IMG/VR virus record: IMGVR_UViG_3300017649_000004
Strand: one strand, 5' to 3'
From: a virus
Lineage: Duplodnaviria > Heunggongvirae > Uroviricota > Caudoviricetes
Length of the DNA: 18,508 bases
The notes beneath the pieces were generated by a model. That model saw only the letters and a list, made by a program, of their open reading frames with translations. It made no database searches and was not told the origin of the DNA. Within the stretch, counting starts at the first letter, position 1. Each line of letters opens with the position of its first letter. Below are positions 8,087 to 16,034 of the stretch, piece after piece. The translations under genes were made by a program, and so were the position numbers.

Positions 8087-11000
8087 TTACCTTTGATGGG
8101 GAAACGAAGCCGGGCACGCATCTGCTACCTCCGGCTCCTGCTGGTCGCGGTGGCGGCAAGGGCTCTGCCTCGAACGATGCCAACACGCTGCGCTCGAATG
8201 CGCGTGCGCGCCTGATCGAAGCCATCTCTGAAGGTCCGATCTACGGCCTGGTCAATGGCGCCAAGTCGATCTTCTTCGACCAGACGCCTCTGATGAACGA
8301 GGACGGCACCTTCAACTTCAAGGACGTCCAGTGGCAGGAGCACAAGGGTTACGCTGACGAGGGCTATTTCAACGGCCACAACGCTGTCGAGACCCCGGTT
8401 TCCGTCGAAACGCAGGTCAAGAAGGCCACCGGCCCTGTCGTTCGCACGATTGTTGACGAGAACGCTGACGCTGTGCGCGTCATTTTGCGTATCCCTGCGC
8501 TTGTGAAGCAGACTGACAAGGGTCTGAAGAAGACGTCCCTGAGCTACGCTATCGACGTGCGCGCGCATCAGGGTTCGTGGCACACCGCAGTTACGCACAC
8601 GCTCAAGGAAGACAAGACCCTCTCGCCCTTCCAGATCGCGCACCGCGTGGAGCTGCCGGAGGGTGGCTCGCCCTGGGACGTGCGCGTGCGCCGTATCACC
8701 GACGACTCCGACGACGACAAGCTCCAGAACGACCTCTACTGGGAAGGCTACATCATCCTTGTCGAAGGCAAGTTCATCTATCCGCACACGGCCGCCATTG
8801 CGATGGAGTGCAATGCGGAGGAGATGGGCACCTCGATCCCGCCGCGGACCTACCACGTCAAGGGTCTGCTGGTGAACATCCCGGTCAACTACAACCCGGA
8901 GACGCGCACCTATAGCGGCATCTGGAACGGCAACTTCAAGATCGGCTGGACGAACAATCCGGCGTGGATCTTCTACGACCTGCTCGTCAACAACCGCTAT
9001 GGTCTCGGCGAGTTCATCTCGCCCGACATCATCGACAAGTGGTCGCTCTACACGATCGCCCAATACTGCGACCAGATGGTGCCCTCCGGCTATCGCAACG
9101 GCGATACCGGCGAAATGATCTATGAGCCGCGCTTCACCTATAACGGCGTCATCAACTCGCGCGACGAAGCCTACTTCGTGCTCCAGTCCATTAGCCAGGC
9201 GTGGCGTGGCATGGCCTATTGGGCGCTTGGCAAGGTCTTCGCGACTGCCGATATGCCGGCCGATCCCGTGAAGCTGGTCACGCCCGCCAACGTCATCGGC
9301 GGCGAGTTCGAATATTCGGGCACCGCGATCAAGGCCCGGCACTCGGTCATCCAGGTCAAGTGGAACGACCCGGACGACTTCTATCGCCCGGCGACCGAGG
9401 TCGTGATCGACACCGATCTGCTGCACAAATATGGCTGGCGCGAAAAGACGATCCAGCTGCGCGGCTGCACCTCGCGCGGCCTTGCGCACCGCTATGGCAA
9501 GTGGGTCATCGACACCGAGCAGAATGAGACCGAGACGCTGACCTACTCGGCTTCCTGGGACCATGCGGAGCTGCGCCCGGGCGACATCATCGCCGTTTCG
9601 GATCCTCGCAAGGCCAACATCCGCGCCGGCGGCCGCGTCGTCTCGCATAACGACCTCGAAATCGAGCTTGATGCTCCCTTCGAGTGGCAAGAGGGCGAGA
9701 CCTATAACCTCATGCTCACCATGCCGAACGGCCAGATCGAGACGAGGGCGATCCTTGCCTTCCTCGATGATCGCACCGTGTGCGTGGCAAGCGCCTATTC
9801 GAAGGAAGCCCTGCCGGATGCTATCTGGTCGATCACCGGCTCTGACATTACCCCGCGGCGCTATCGCGTCCTGACGGTCGAAGAGACCGAGCCCAACATC
9901 TTCAAGATCACGGCGCTCTTCCACGATCCGACCAAGTATGCACGCGTCGAGAACGGCATCAGCTTTGAGCCGCTGCCGTATGAGCGTTCTTCGCGCACCT
10001 CGATTCCGCCGACAAATCTTCAGGTCCACGAGACCGGCTACGTCCATAACGGCCAGCAGGTGAACATGCTGACGCTCTCCTGGACGCCGCCGCAGAACTT
10101 CCTGACGCGCGGCTTCCTGGTGACCGTCGACACGCCCAATGACGGGCGCATCGACCTTGGCGTCACCACGGCAAACTACATGGAGATGCGCCACACGGAC
10201 GCCGGCGAATACACCTTCTATGTCCAGACGGTGAGCTATGCAGGCGTCGTCTCGGAGCCTGCTACGATCACCTTCAGCGCCGTGGGTCAGGCAGGCTTCC
10301 CGCTGCCGACGGTTTCTGATCTGCGCCTTGTCGACCATCCCACCTCGACGGAGTTTGCCGGCGCTGACCTGCGTATTCAGTGGAAGAACAATTTCGCCCA
10401 GGAGCTCTCGGGCTCCGTCAGCGATACGCCCTCGCCGCACTACACGTTCAACGTGGTGAAGATCTATCACGCCGGCACCGGCCAGCTTCTGCGTCAGGAG
10501 CGCGTCTACGGCGAGACCTACACCTATCCGATCGTCGCAAACCGCCAGGACTGCGCGAACCACGGCATCGCCAATCCGAGCCGCTCGCTGCGCGTTGTCG
10601 TGACCGTCAGCGACGTCTTCGGCCGCGAGAGCGCACCGATCGAGAAGACCTTCACCAATCCGAAGCCCGCCGCCACCACGCCGGTCTACTTCATCAACGG
10701 CAACATGATCTTCATGTCGTGGCCGGCGCCCGAGGATCCGGACGTTGAGGGCTACATCCTGCACCGCTCGACGACGCCGGGTATCAACGTCGACACGGCC
10801 ACGCCCTACTACGAGGGCGGCAACAACTCGATCACGGTCATCGGCGACTATGAGACGGTCTACTATTTCAAGCTGGCTGCCTATGACGCCTTCGGCAAGT
10901 ATGACCTGAACTGGTCGAGCGAAATCGCGATCACGACCCTCTCGGATGGTGCCGACGTTGATCCGCCGGCACAGCCGACCGGCCTTATCCTGTCCTCGTC

Positions 11001-12717
11001 CCTGATCGGTGACGGGCGCGTCGAGGTCACGGCGGTATGGAATGCCAACACCGAGCCTGACCTTGCCGGCTATGACTTCGAGGTCAGCACCGGTTCGAGC
11101 TGGATCGGTTTTCCGACCACCACGCCGCGCTATTCCTTCAGCGCGCTGCCCGGCCAGGCCTTCGAGGCAAGGGTTCGCGCACGCGACAAGTCCGGCAACA
11201 CGTCGCCCTACACGGCGGTTGTCTCGCACACCGCGGCGAGCGACACCACGCCTCCGCCGACGCCGACCGGTGTTGAGCTTCAGGCGGGCCTCACCTCGCT
11301 CTGGCTGAAGTGGGACAATCCGGATGTCGCGGACTTCTCCCATATCGAGATTTGGGAGAACAGTTCGAACACCTTCTCGACTGCGACCCTGATCACCACG
11401 ACGCCGGCAAGCTCGTTTGCACGCACGGGTTTGGGCGAGAACGTCACGCGCTACTACTGGCTGCGTGCCGTAGACACCTCTGGCAACAAGAGCCCGACGA
11501 CGGCTGTTGTCTACGGCACGACGGCAAAGCTGCCGGAAGTCTCGCGCATCCAGTTCGCGGGCCTTACCTTCACGCCGAACTCGCCTTCGGCCAACCGTAT
11601 TGCCTGGACCTCGTTCACGGCAACCTACGGCCAGGCAGGCGCAACCCCGACCTCGAAGGCCGTAACCGCCGGCAATGCGTTGTGGAGCTCGGGCACGCTC
11701 TACCTCTACTACGTCGAGGGCGAGACGACGCTTCGCTCGACCACCACGCTGTCGCAGGTGTTCACTAATCGCGGCCATCCGGTAGCGACTTACCGCGGTG
11801 GCACCGACATCGAGCTTGCTACCGGCAAGACCCTCATCAATGGTGCCGAAATCATCACCGGCACGGTGGGTGCTGCCCAGCTGGTGGCAAGCTCGGCGAT
11901 CATTACCAACACCGCGCAGCTGGCTGACGCCATCATCACGAGCGCCAAAATCGTGGAGCTCGACGCAGCCAAGCTGAAGGCAGGCACGGCGATCGCCGAG
12001 ACGATCACCGTTGGTTCGCAGTCGCTGGCCACGATCCGTGACTGGGCGGAAAATCCGGTCGATCGCGTCAATGCCGGCACCACGCTCATTGAGCCCGGCA
12101 AGATCCGGATCGCCGGTGCGACCACGCTGGAGCACTGGAAGACGGGTCCGGACAGCACCGAAATCAACGGCGGCGCGATTGCTGCGAACACGATCAAGGC
12201 GAACTCGGCCGTCATCGGTATGCGCGGCATCACGCTTGAGGGCCTGACCTTCGAGCACAACTCGCCTTCGGCAAACAGCGTGAGCTGGACCGGCGGCACG
12301 ATCCGCTACACCGACGACAACGGCTCGAACACCTCGAAGTCGATCGCTGCCGGCAATGCTGCCTGGACGTCCGGAACCCTCTATGTCTACTGGGTGAAGG
12401 GTGCGACGGCCCTGTCGACCACGACGAACTTTGCCACGGCCAATGGCGACAACAACGTCATCCTGGCAACCTACCGCGGTGGCGTGCTTCTGTTTGCCGA
12501 CTACGGCCGCACGGTCATCGATGGCGGCCAGATCAAGGCTCAGTCCATCGACACCGCCCAGCTCAAGGTGGGCTCGGTCACCGCCGGCGTGATGAATGTG
12601 TCCTCGCTGTCGGCGATCACCGGCAATATGGGCCTGCTCTCCGCCGGCAAGATCCAGAGCGTTGACGGCAAATTCGTCATCGACCTCGACAACCGCTTCA
12701 TTTCGATTGAGGTTTAA
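8083..12717 (+). CDS. Central tail fibre / host specificity protein, lambda gpJ-like, 1544 aa
   Basis: GTGA overlap; GGGKG, EAISEGPIYGL, WTNNPAWIFYDLL..RYGLG, YCDQMVP..EPRF, LRPGDIIAVSD motifs; about five FN3/Ig-like domains (about 10000-11520); C-terminal SLSAITGNMG trimer-type end. Confidence 0.93.
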   Translation: MITFDGETKPGTHLLPPAPAGRGGGKGSASNDANTLRSNARARLIEAISEGPIYGLVNGAKSIFFDQTPLMNEDGTFNFKDVQWQEHKGYADEGYFNGHNAVETPVSVETQVKKATGPVVRTIVDENADAVRVILRIPALVKQTDKGLKKTSLSYAIDVRAHQGSWHTAVTHTLKEDKTLSPFQIAHRVELPEGGSPWDVRVRRITDDSDDDKLQNDLYWEGYIILVEGKFIYPHTAAIAMECNAEEMGTSIPPRTYHVKGLLVNIPVNYNPETRTYSGIWNGNFKIGWTNNPAWIFYDLLVNNRYGLGEFISPDIIDKWSLYTIAQYCDQMVPSGYRNGDTGEMIYEPRFTYNGVINSRDEAYFVLQSISQAWRGMAYWALGKVFATADMPADPVKLVTPANVIGGEFEYSGTAIKARHSVIQVKWNDPDDFYRPATEVVIDTDLLHKYGWREKTIQLRGCTSRGLAHRYGKWVIDTEQNETETLTYSASWDHAELRPGDIIAVSDPRKANIRAGGRVVSHNDLEIELDAPFEWQEGETYNLMLTMPNGQIETRAILAFLDDRTVCVASAYSKEALPDAIWSITGSDITPRRYRVLTVEETEPNIFKITALFHDPTKYARVENGISFEPLPYERSSRTSIPPTNLQVHETGYVHNGQQVNMLTLSWTPPQNFLTRGFLVTVDTPNDGRIDLGVTTANYMEMRHTDAGEYTFYVQTVSYAGVVSEPATITFSAVGQAGFPLPTVSDLRLVDHPTSTEFAGADLRIQWKNNFAQELSGSVSDTPSPHYTFNVVKIYHAGTGQLLRQERVYGETYTYPIVANRQDCANHGIANPSRSLRVVVTVSDVFGRESAPIEKTFTNPKPAATTPVYFINGNMIFMSWPAPEDPDVEGYILHRSTTPGINVDTATPYYEGGNNSITVIGDYETVYYFKLAAYDAFGKYDLNWSSEIAITTLSDGADVDPPAQPTGLILSSSLIGDGRVEVTAVWNANTEPDLAGYDFEVSTGSSWIGFPTTTPRYSFSALPGQAFEARVRARDKSGNTSPYTAVVSHTAASDTTPPPTPTGVELQAGLTSLWLKWDNPDVADFSHIEIWENSSNTFSTATLITTTPASSFARTGLGENVTRYYWLRAVDTSGNKSPTTAVVYGTTAKLPEVSRIQFAGLTFTPNSPSANRIAWTSFTATYGQAGATPTSKAVTAGNALWSSGTLYLYYVEGETTLRSTTTLSQVFTNRGHPVATYRGGTDIELATGKTLINGAEIITGTVGAAQLVASSAIITNTAQLADAIITSAKIVELDAAKLKAGTAIAETITVGSQSLATIRDWAENPVDRVNAGTTLIEPGKIRIAGATTLEHWKTGPDSTEINGGAIAANTIKANSAVIGMRGITLEGLTFEHNSPSANSVSWTGGTIRYTDDNGSNTSKSIAAGNAAWTSGTLYVYWVKGATALSTTTNFATANGDNNVILATYRGGVLLFADYGRTVIDGGQIKAQSIDTAQLKVGSVTAGVMNVSSLSAITGNMGLLSAGKIQSVDGKFVIDLDNRFISIEV
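11545..12564 (+). repeat. Two diverged copies of an approximately 110-aa module in the gpJ C-terminal region (11545-11883 and 12220-12564)
   Basis: GLTFTPNSPSANRIAWT..AGNALWSSGTLYLYYVEGET..VATYRGG..G+TLING versus GLTFEHNSPSANSVSWT..AGNAAWTSGTLYVYWVKGAT..LATYRGG..G+TVIDG; short DNA identities persist (aactcgccttcggc, gccggcaatgc, taccgcggtggc). Confidence 0.85.
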
Positions 12718-12725
12718 GCTTGAAA

Positions 12726-12744
12726 GTAAGGCGGCACTTACTTA
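12726..12744 (+). promoter_or_regulatory. GTAAG-N7-TTACTTA motif, copy 3 (after gpJ)
   Basis: GTAAG gcggcac TTACTTA; also reads as the dyad AAGTAAG-N6-CTTACTT; ends 11 nt before ATG 12756, where no SD is visible. Confidence 0.7.
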
Positions 12745-12755
12745 CTGTCTAAACC

Positions 12756-13472
12756 ATGGCGAAGAAGCTCTATGCTGACGGCACGACCGGTAAGGTAGCA
12801 ATCTACGATCCGGCCGTGCCCGGGGCGTTCACCAACCCGCTCGCGAACCTCAACGCGGTCTATTTCCATTCCGACCTTGATTACGTCGGCGTGGCGGCCG
12901 TGCTCGACTTTACGGTGACGCACCCTGCACGCGGCACGGGCGGCAGCAGCACTCAGCACTCCTATCTCGAGCCTAACCCGGCGTCCGGCCTGGTCTCCGG
13001 TCTCAACCACGATCTCGGCTATGTTCCGCACGCGCTCGTCTTCGTCGGCAATGACATGTTGCCGGCCAACATGCAGATCCAGACGAGCGGATCCTCCTAC
13101 CGGACGGTAGCGGTCGACCTGACCACGACACAGGTGCGCGTCTTTGAGACGGCATGGGTTTATCAGCACTCGCTGCCGGCCCTGACCGTCACCTACAAGA
13201 TCGTCCTGTTCACGCCGAAGATTTCCCCGTCCGGCAATGAGACCCTTCACATCACGCAGAGCAGCTTCGTCGCCTCGCGGGGCAAGCTCAACACCGCCTA
13301 CAACTACCTGCGCCGCGCCGTCTCGAGCCCGATGTTCTGGTTCTCGAAGGGCAAGACGGCGGACGTAGCGAACGGCTCCTTCAAGATCGTCACGGCCAAC
13401 GGCAGCGTCATCAACCGCTCGCCCTACAACGGCTCGTTCGCTGGCGAGGCTGGCCTCGGAGTTGAGGTATGA
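12756..13472 (+). CDS. Putative tail-tip structural protein, 238 aa, beta-rich
   Basis: Phage-like codon usage, directly after gpJ, ATGA-coupled to the next gene. Function inferred from position and composition only. Confidence 0.6.
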   Translation: MAKKLYADGTTGKVAIYDPAVPGAFTNPLANLNAVYFHSDLDYVGVAAVLDFTVTHPARGTGGSSTQHSYLEPNPASGLVSGLNHDLGYVPHALVFVGNDMLPANMQIQTSGSSYRTVAVDLTTTQVRVFETAWVYQHSLPALTVTYKIVLFTPKISPSGNETLHITQSSFVASRGKLNTAYNYLRRAVSSPMFWFSKGKTADVANGSFKIVTANGSVINRSPYNGSFAGEAGLGVEV

Positions 13473-14347
13473 GCTTCTACGCCTCGAACAATCGCTTCTA
13501 CATCACGAACTCGGCCGGCAAGGTGATCTTCGACACCAACAAGCCGATGCCGCACATCGTCCAGACGCTGACGGCCCAGGTCTCGGTTTCCTTCCCGCAG
13601 GTCGATTCCACCTACTGGCGCTCGGAGACGAAAATCTTCTCTGGCTCCTATTTCTGCCCCACCCAGGTCTACGAGTGCCGCTATGTCTATGGCTGCGAAT
13701 GGGAGAATGTCTGCGGCCCCAAGCAGGTCTGCGGCTACAAGAGCGTGTGCAACTACAATGTCGTCACGGGGCAGTATGAATGCGGGCTGCAATGGGTCTG
13801 TGAGACGCAGAACGTCTGCGAGCAGCAGAACGTATGCGATTACCGTTGGAAGTGCCAGAATTGGGACACCTATGGCGATCTCTATGAGATCAGGCAGGGC
13901 TTCGACTACACCGCGAAGGACTGGCAGGCCACCTATGACCTCGGCAGCATCACCGGTGGCATTCAGGCCGACTTCCTGCTGGTCAACTGCCAGGCCACTC
14001 GCACCGCGCAGGGCAACCTGTCCGACATCGGCCCGATCCCCTGCGGCCTGCCGCTCGGCAGCTGGTTCGTGGCGAACAATTCCTCGATCGTTGAGGTCGT
14101 TTCGGACCTTCGCGACGGCGAACCGTTCCTGACCCGGATCATGTCGGTCTTCGTTGAGGGCGGCAAGGTCAAGGTTCAGTTCAAGCACTCGAACCGGGAC
14201 TTCCGCGCTGTGCGTGGCTACTGGGAACAGGCGTGTTCCTTCAACATGTTCCCGCCCTTCGTCGGCGGCATTCCGACCACGCCGCCGACCGGTATCTCGT
14301 CCTACACCTTCAATTTCACCATTCAGGTTGGAAAGTTCACGATCTAG
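13469..14347 (+). CDS. Putative tail-tip/receptor-binding protein, 292 aa, with an 11-Cys ladder insertion
   Basis: ATGA overlap, GAGG SD; beta-rich body; Cys codons at 13655, 13676, 13694, 13712, 13730, 13748, 13781, 13799, 13817, 13835, 13853. Confidence 0.6.
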   Translation: MSFYASNNRFYITNSAGKVIFDTNKPMPHIVQTLTAQVSVSFPQVDSTYWRSETKIFSGSYFCPTQVYECRYVYGCEWENVCGPKQVCGYKSVCNYNVVTGQYECGLQWVCETQNVCEQQNVCDYRWKCQNWDTYGDLYEIRQGFDYTAKDWQATYDLGSITGGIQADFLLVNCQATRTAQGNLSDIGPIPCGLPLGSWFVANNSSIVEVVSDLRDGEPFLTRIMSVFVEGGKVKVQFKHSNRDFRAVRGYWEQACSFNMFPPFVGGIPTTPPTGISSYTFNFTIQVGKFTI

Positions 14348-14356
14348 GAGATGACA

Positions 14357-14722
14357 ATGGAAGCAAGCGGACTCAGCAGCTCTGAAATGGAAGAGTTGGT
14401 CGCAGAGCAGAACGCACAGCGGCCGGAAGCCTACAAGACGGCCCCGCGCTACCCGGTCGACGCCATCCTCCCGCAGCCGGTGATGGATGACGATGTTGTC
14501 GTTGCCTGGATTATTCCCCTCACCATGCGCTCGAAGGGCTTCTCGCACACCCTCTATGAGCGCTGGGAGTGCGCTGAAGACGAGCGGTTTGCCCCGCACG
14601 ATCCTCAAGCCTCGCGCCTGCTTGAGCGCATCATCCTGCGCCTCATCAATGACAGGGACATCTTTGACCGCTGCGCCGATGCCCTTGAAGCCAAGATCGC
14701 AGCGAAGAACCAGGGAGAATGA
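14357..14722 (+). CDS. Hypothetical protein, about 121 aa (acidic; possible assembly chaperone)
   Basis: SD AGGAG at 14346-14350 fits ATG 14357 better than 14351; no recognisable motif. Confidence 0.6.
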   Translation: MEASGLSSSEMEELVAEQNAQRPEAYKTAPRYPVDAILPQPVMDDDVVVAWIIPLTMRSKGFSHTLYERWECAEDERFAPHDPQASRLLERIILRLINDRDIFDRCADALEAKIAAKNQGE

Positions 14723-14928
14723 ACATGGCCCAGTGCATTACGGGCGAGGTCGAATACCGGGGCTACTGCCTGCCCTCCTATCTCACGCCGGCGGAGATGG
14801 AAGCGCGCTACCAGGAAATCCTGGCTGAAGAGAACCGAAAGCGGAAGCACAACAGCTTCTGGCTGGCCGTTCTGGCGATCCTTTCCGTGATCGGCCTCGC
14901 CTTCGTCGTGCTCCAGTTCAACGCGTAA
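14719..14928 (+). CDS. Small protein with one C-terminal transmembrane helix, 67-69 aa
   Basis: RKRKH followed by FWLAVLAILSVIGLAFVVLQF; ATGA overlap at 14719, alternative ATG at 14725 with SD GGGAG. Confidence 0.6.
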   Translation: MNMAQCITGEVEYRGYCLPSYLTPAEMEARYQEILAEENRKRKHNSFWLAVLAILSVIGLAFVVLQFNA

Positions 14929-14945
14929 TTGCCTTCATTTTAGCA

Positions 14946-14975
14946 CCGTGGTAAGTAGGAGGTTACTTACCACGG
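14946..14975 (+). promoter_or_regulatory. GTAAG-N7-TTACTTA motif, copy 4 (14951-14969), inside a perfect 12-bp inverted repeat at the head of the lysis cassette
   Basis: ccgtggtaagta-GGAGGT-tacttaccacgg; right arm overlaps SD GGGAG (14974-14978) of the next gene. Confidence 0.7.
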
Positions 14976-14986
14976 GAGCAACGATC

Positions 14987-15265
14987 ATGGCTGACACACC
15001 TCAGATGACGATTACGCCGGCCAAGGTCGGCTTCGCTCTTTCTCTGGCTGCGGCAGTCACCCTTGGATGGAATGCCGTCTCCTATTTCAAGGCTATTGAG
15101 CTGAAGAACTTCGAGCAGGATCAGGCGATCCAGGGCTTGAAGGAGGCGACCACGCGCATTGAGCGCTCGACCGATCGCCTTTCCACCGAGACCGGCAACC
15201 TCCGCATCGCCGTAGAGCGACTGACAACGGTCATCGACCGAGTTGACGCTGGAGGTAAAAAGTAA
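14987..15265 (+). CDS. Membrane protein with N-terminal TM helix and coiled-coil tail, 92 aa; putative holin or antiholin
   Basis: ATG 14987 with SD GGGAG 8 nt upstream; VGFALSLAAAVTLGWNAV TM segment then heptad coiled coil; directly upstream of the endolysin. Confidence 0.6.
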   Translation: MADTPQMTITPAKVGFALSLAAAVTLGWNAVSYFKAIELKNFEQDQAIQGLKEATTRIERSTDRLSTETGNLRIAVERLTTVIDRVDAGGKK

Positions 15266-15789
15266 TGCCCGCTGTTCCTGCATCGTGGATGCCGGATGCG
15301 CCCATGAAGCGCATCGTGGTTCACTGGACCGCCGGCTCTCACATCGCATCGGCTCTCGACAGGGAGCACTATCACATCATCGTTGAAGGTGACGGCAACG
15401 TCGTTCGCGGCCAGATGCCGATCACCGCCAATGTCCCGCCACTGCGCGAGGGCAGGTATGCCGCGCACACGCGCAACTGCAATTCCTATTCGATCGGCGT
15501 GTCGGCTTGCGGAATGGCAGGCGCGACCGAGAGCCCGTTTAACCCCGGCAGGTTCCCGATCAGCGAACGCCAGTTCCGCAAGCTCGCTGAGGTAATCGCC
15601 GATCTCGCCAAGCGATACAAGATCCCGGTCACCGACCAGACCATCCTGACGCACGCTGAAGTTCAGCCGAACCTCGGCATCAAGCAGGCTGGCAAGTGGG
15701 ACTACACCCGGCTCGTCTTCAAGCCGGAGCTGAAGGGTGCCAAGCCCGTCGGTGACTATCTGCGCCAGCTCGTAAAGGCGGCCATGTGA
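15265..15789 (+). CDS. Endolysin, N-acetylmuramoyl-L-alanine amidase (Amidase_2, T7-lysozyme-like), 174 aa
   Basis: RIVVHWTAG, HYHIIVEGDG, AHTRNCNSYSIGVSAC, ILTHAEV, GKWD; SD GGAGGT; TAATG overlap; no signal or SAR segment and no cell-wall-binding domain seen. Confidence 0.9.
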   Translation: MPAVPASWMPDAPMKRIVVHWTAGSHIASALDREHYHIIVEGDGNVVRGQMPITANVPPLREGRYAAHTRNCNSYSIGVSACGMAGATESPFNPGRFPISERQFRKLAEVIADLAKRYKIPVTDQTILTHAEVQPNLGIKQAGKWDYTRLVFKPELKGAKPVGDYLRQLVKAAM

Positions 15790-16034
15790 TGAGCGTGCCG
15801 AAGAAGAGCACCCGCCGGTTCTCCAAGTCGATGCTCGTCATCAATGGCGCGCTCGCGTGGGTTGCCGTCTTCTTCGCCATCTACATGGGCCAGGCGGAAG
15901 CTGTGGCGGCCGCCGGCATGGGCCTGATTGGCGTCCTCTACTCGGCCTATGTCGGTGTCGGTCACGCTGACTTCCGCAAGCTCCTCGAGGCCGGACGCCA
16001 GGTTCTTCAGGGAGAAGCTGATGAAGCTCGCTGA
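15789..16034 (+). CDS. Putative holin with two TM helices, 81 aa
   Basis: TGATG overlap with the amidase stop; basic N-terminus (KKSTRRFSK), two hydrophobic helices, charged C-terminus; lies between endolysin and spanins. Confidence 0.6.
   Translation: MSVPKKSTRRFSKSMLVINGALAWVAVFFAIYMGQAEAVAAAGMGLIGVLYSAYVGVGHADFRKLLEAGRQVLQGEADEAR

Noticed and set aside
8125-12258. 1377-aa minus-strand ORF opposite gpJ
   Set aside because: Same in-register antisense shadow; no recognisable domain.
13676-13855. 18-nt periodic repeats as a CRISPR array or DGR variable/template repeat
   Set aside because: Repeats are short, degenerate, in-frame codon repeats with no spacers; no second copy of the region and no reverse transcriptase or cas gene in the window.
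13424-14608. 394-aa and other mid-size minus-strand ORFs in the post-J and lysis regions
   Set aside because: Antisense to well-coupled + strand genes with SD sites; no motifs or own translation signals.
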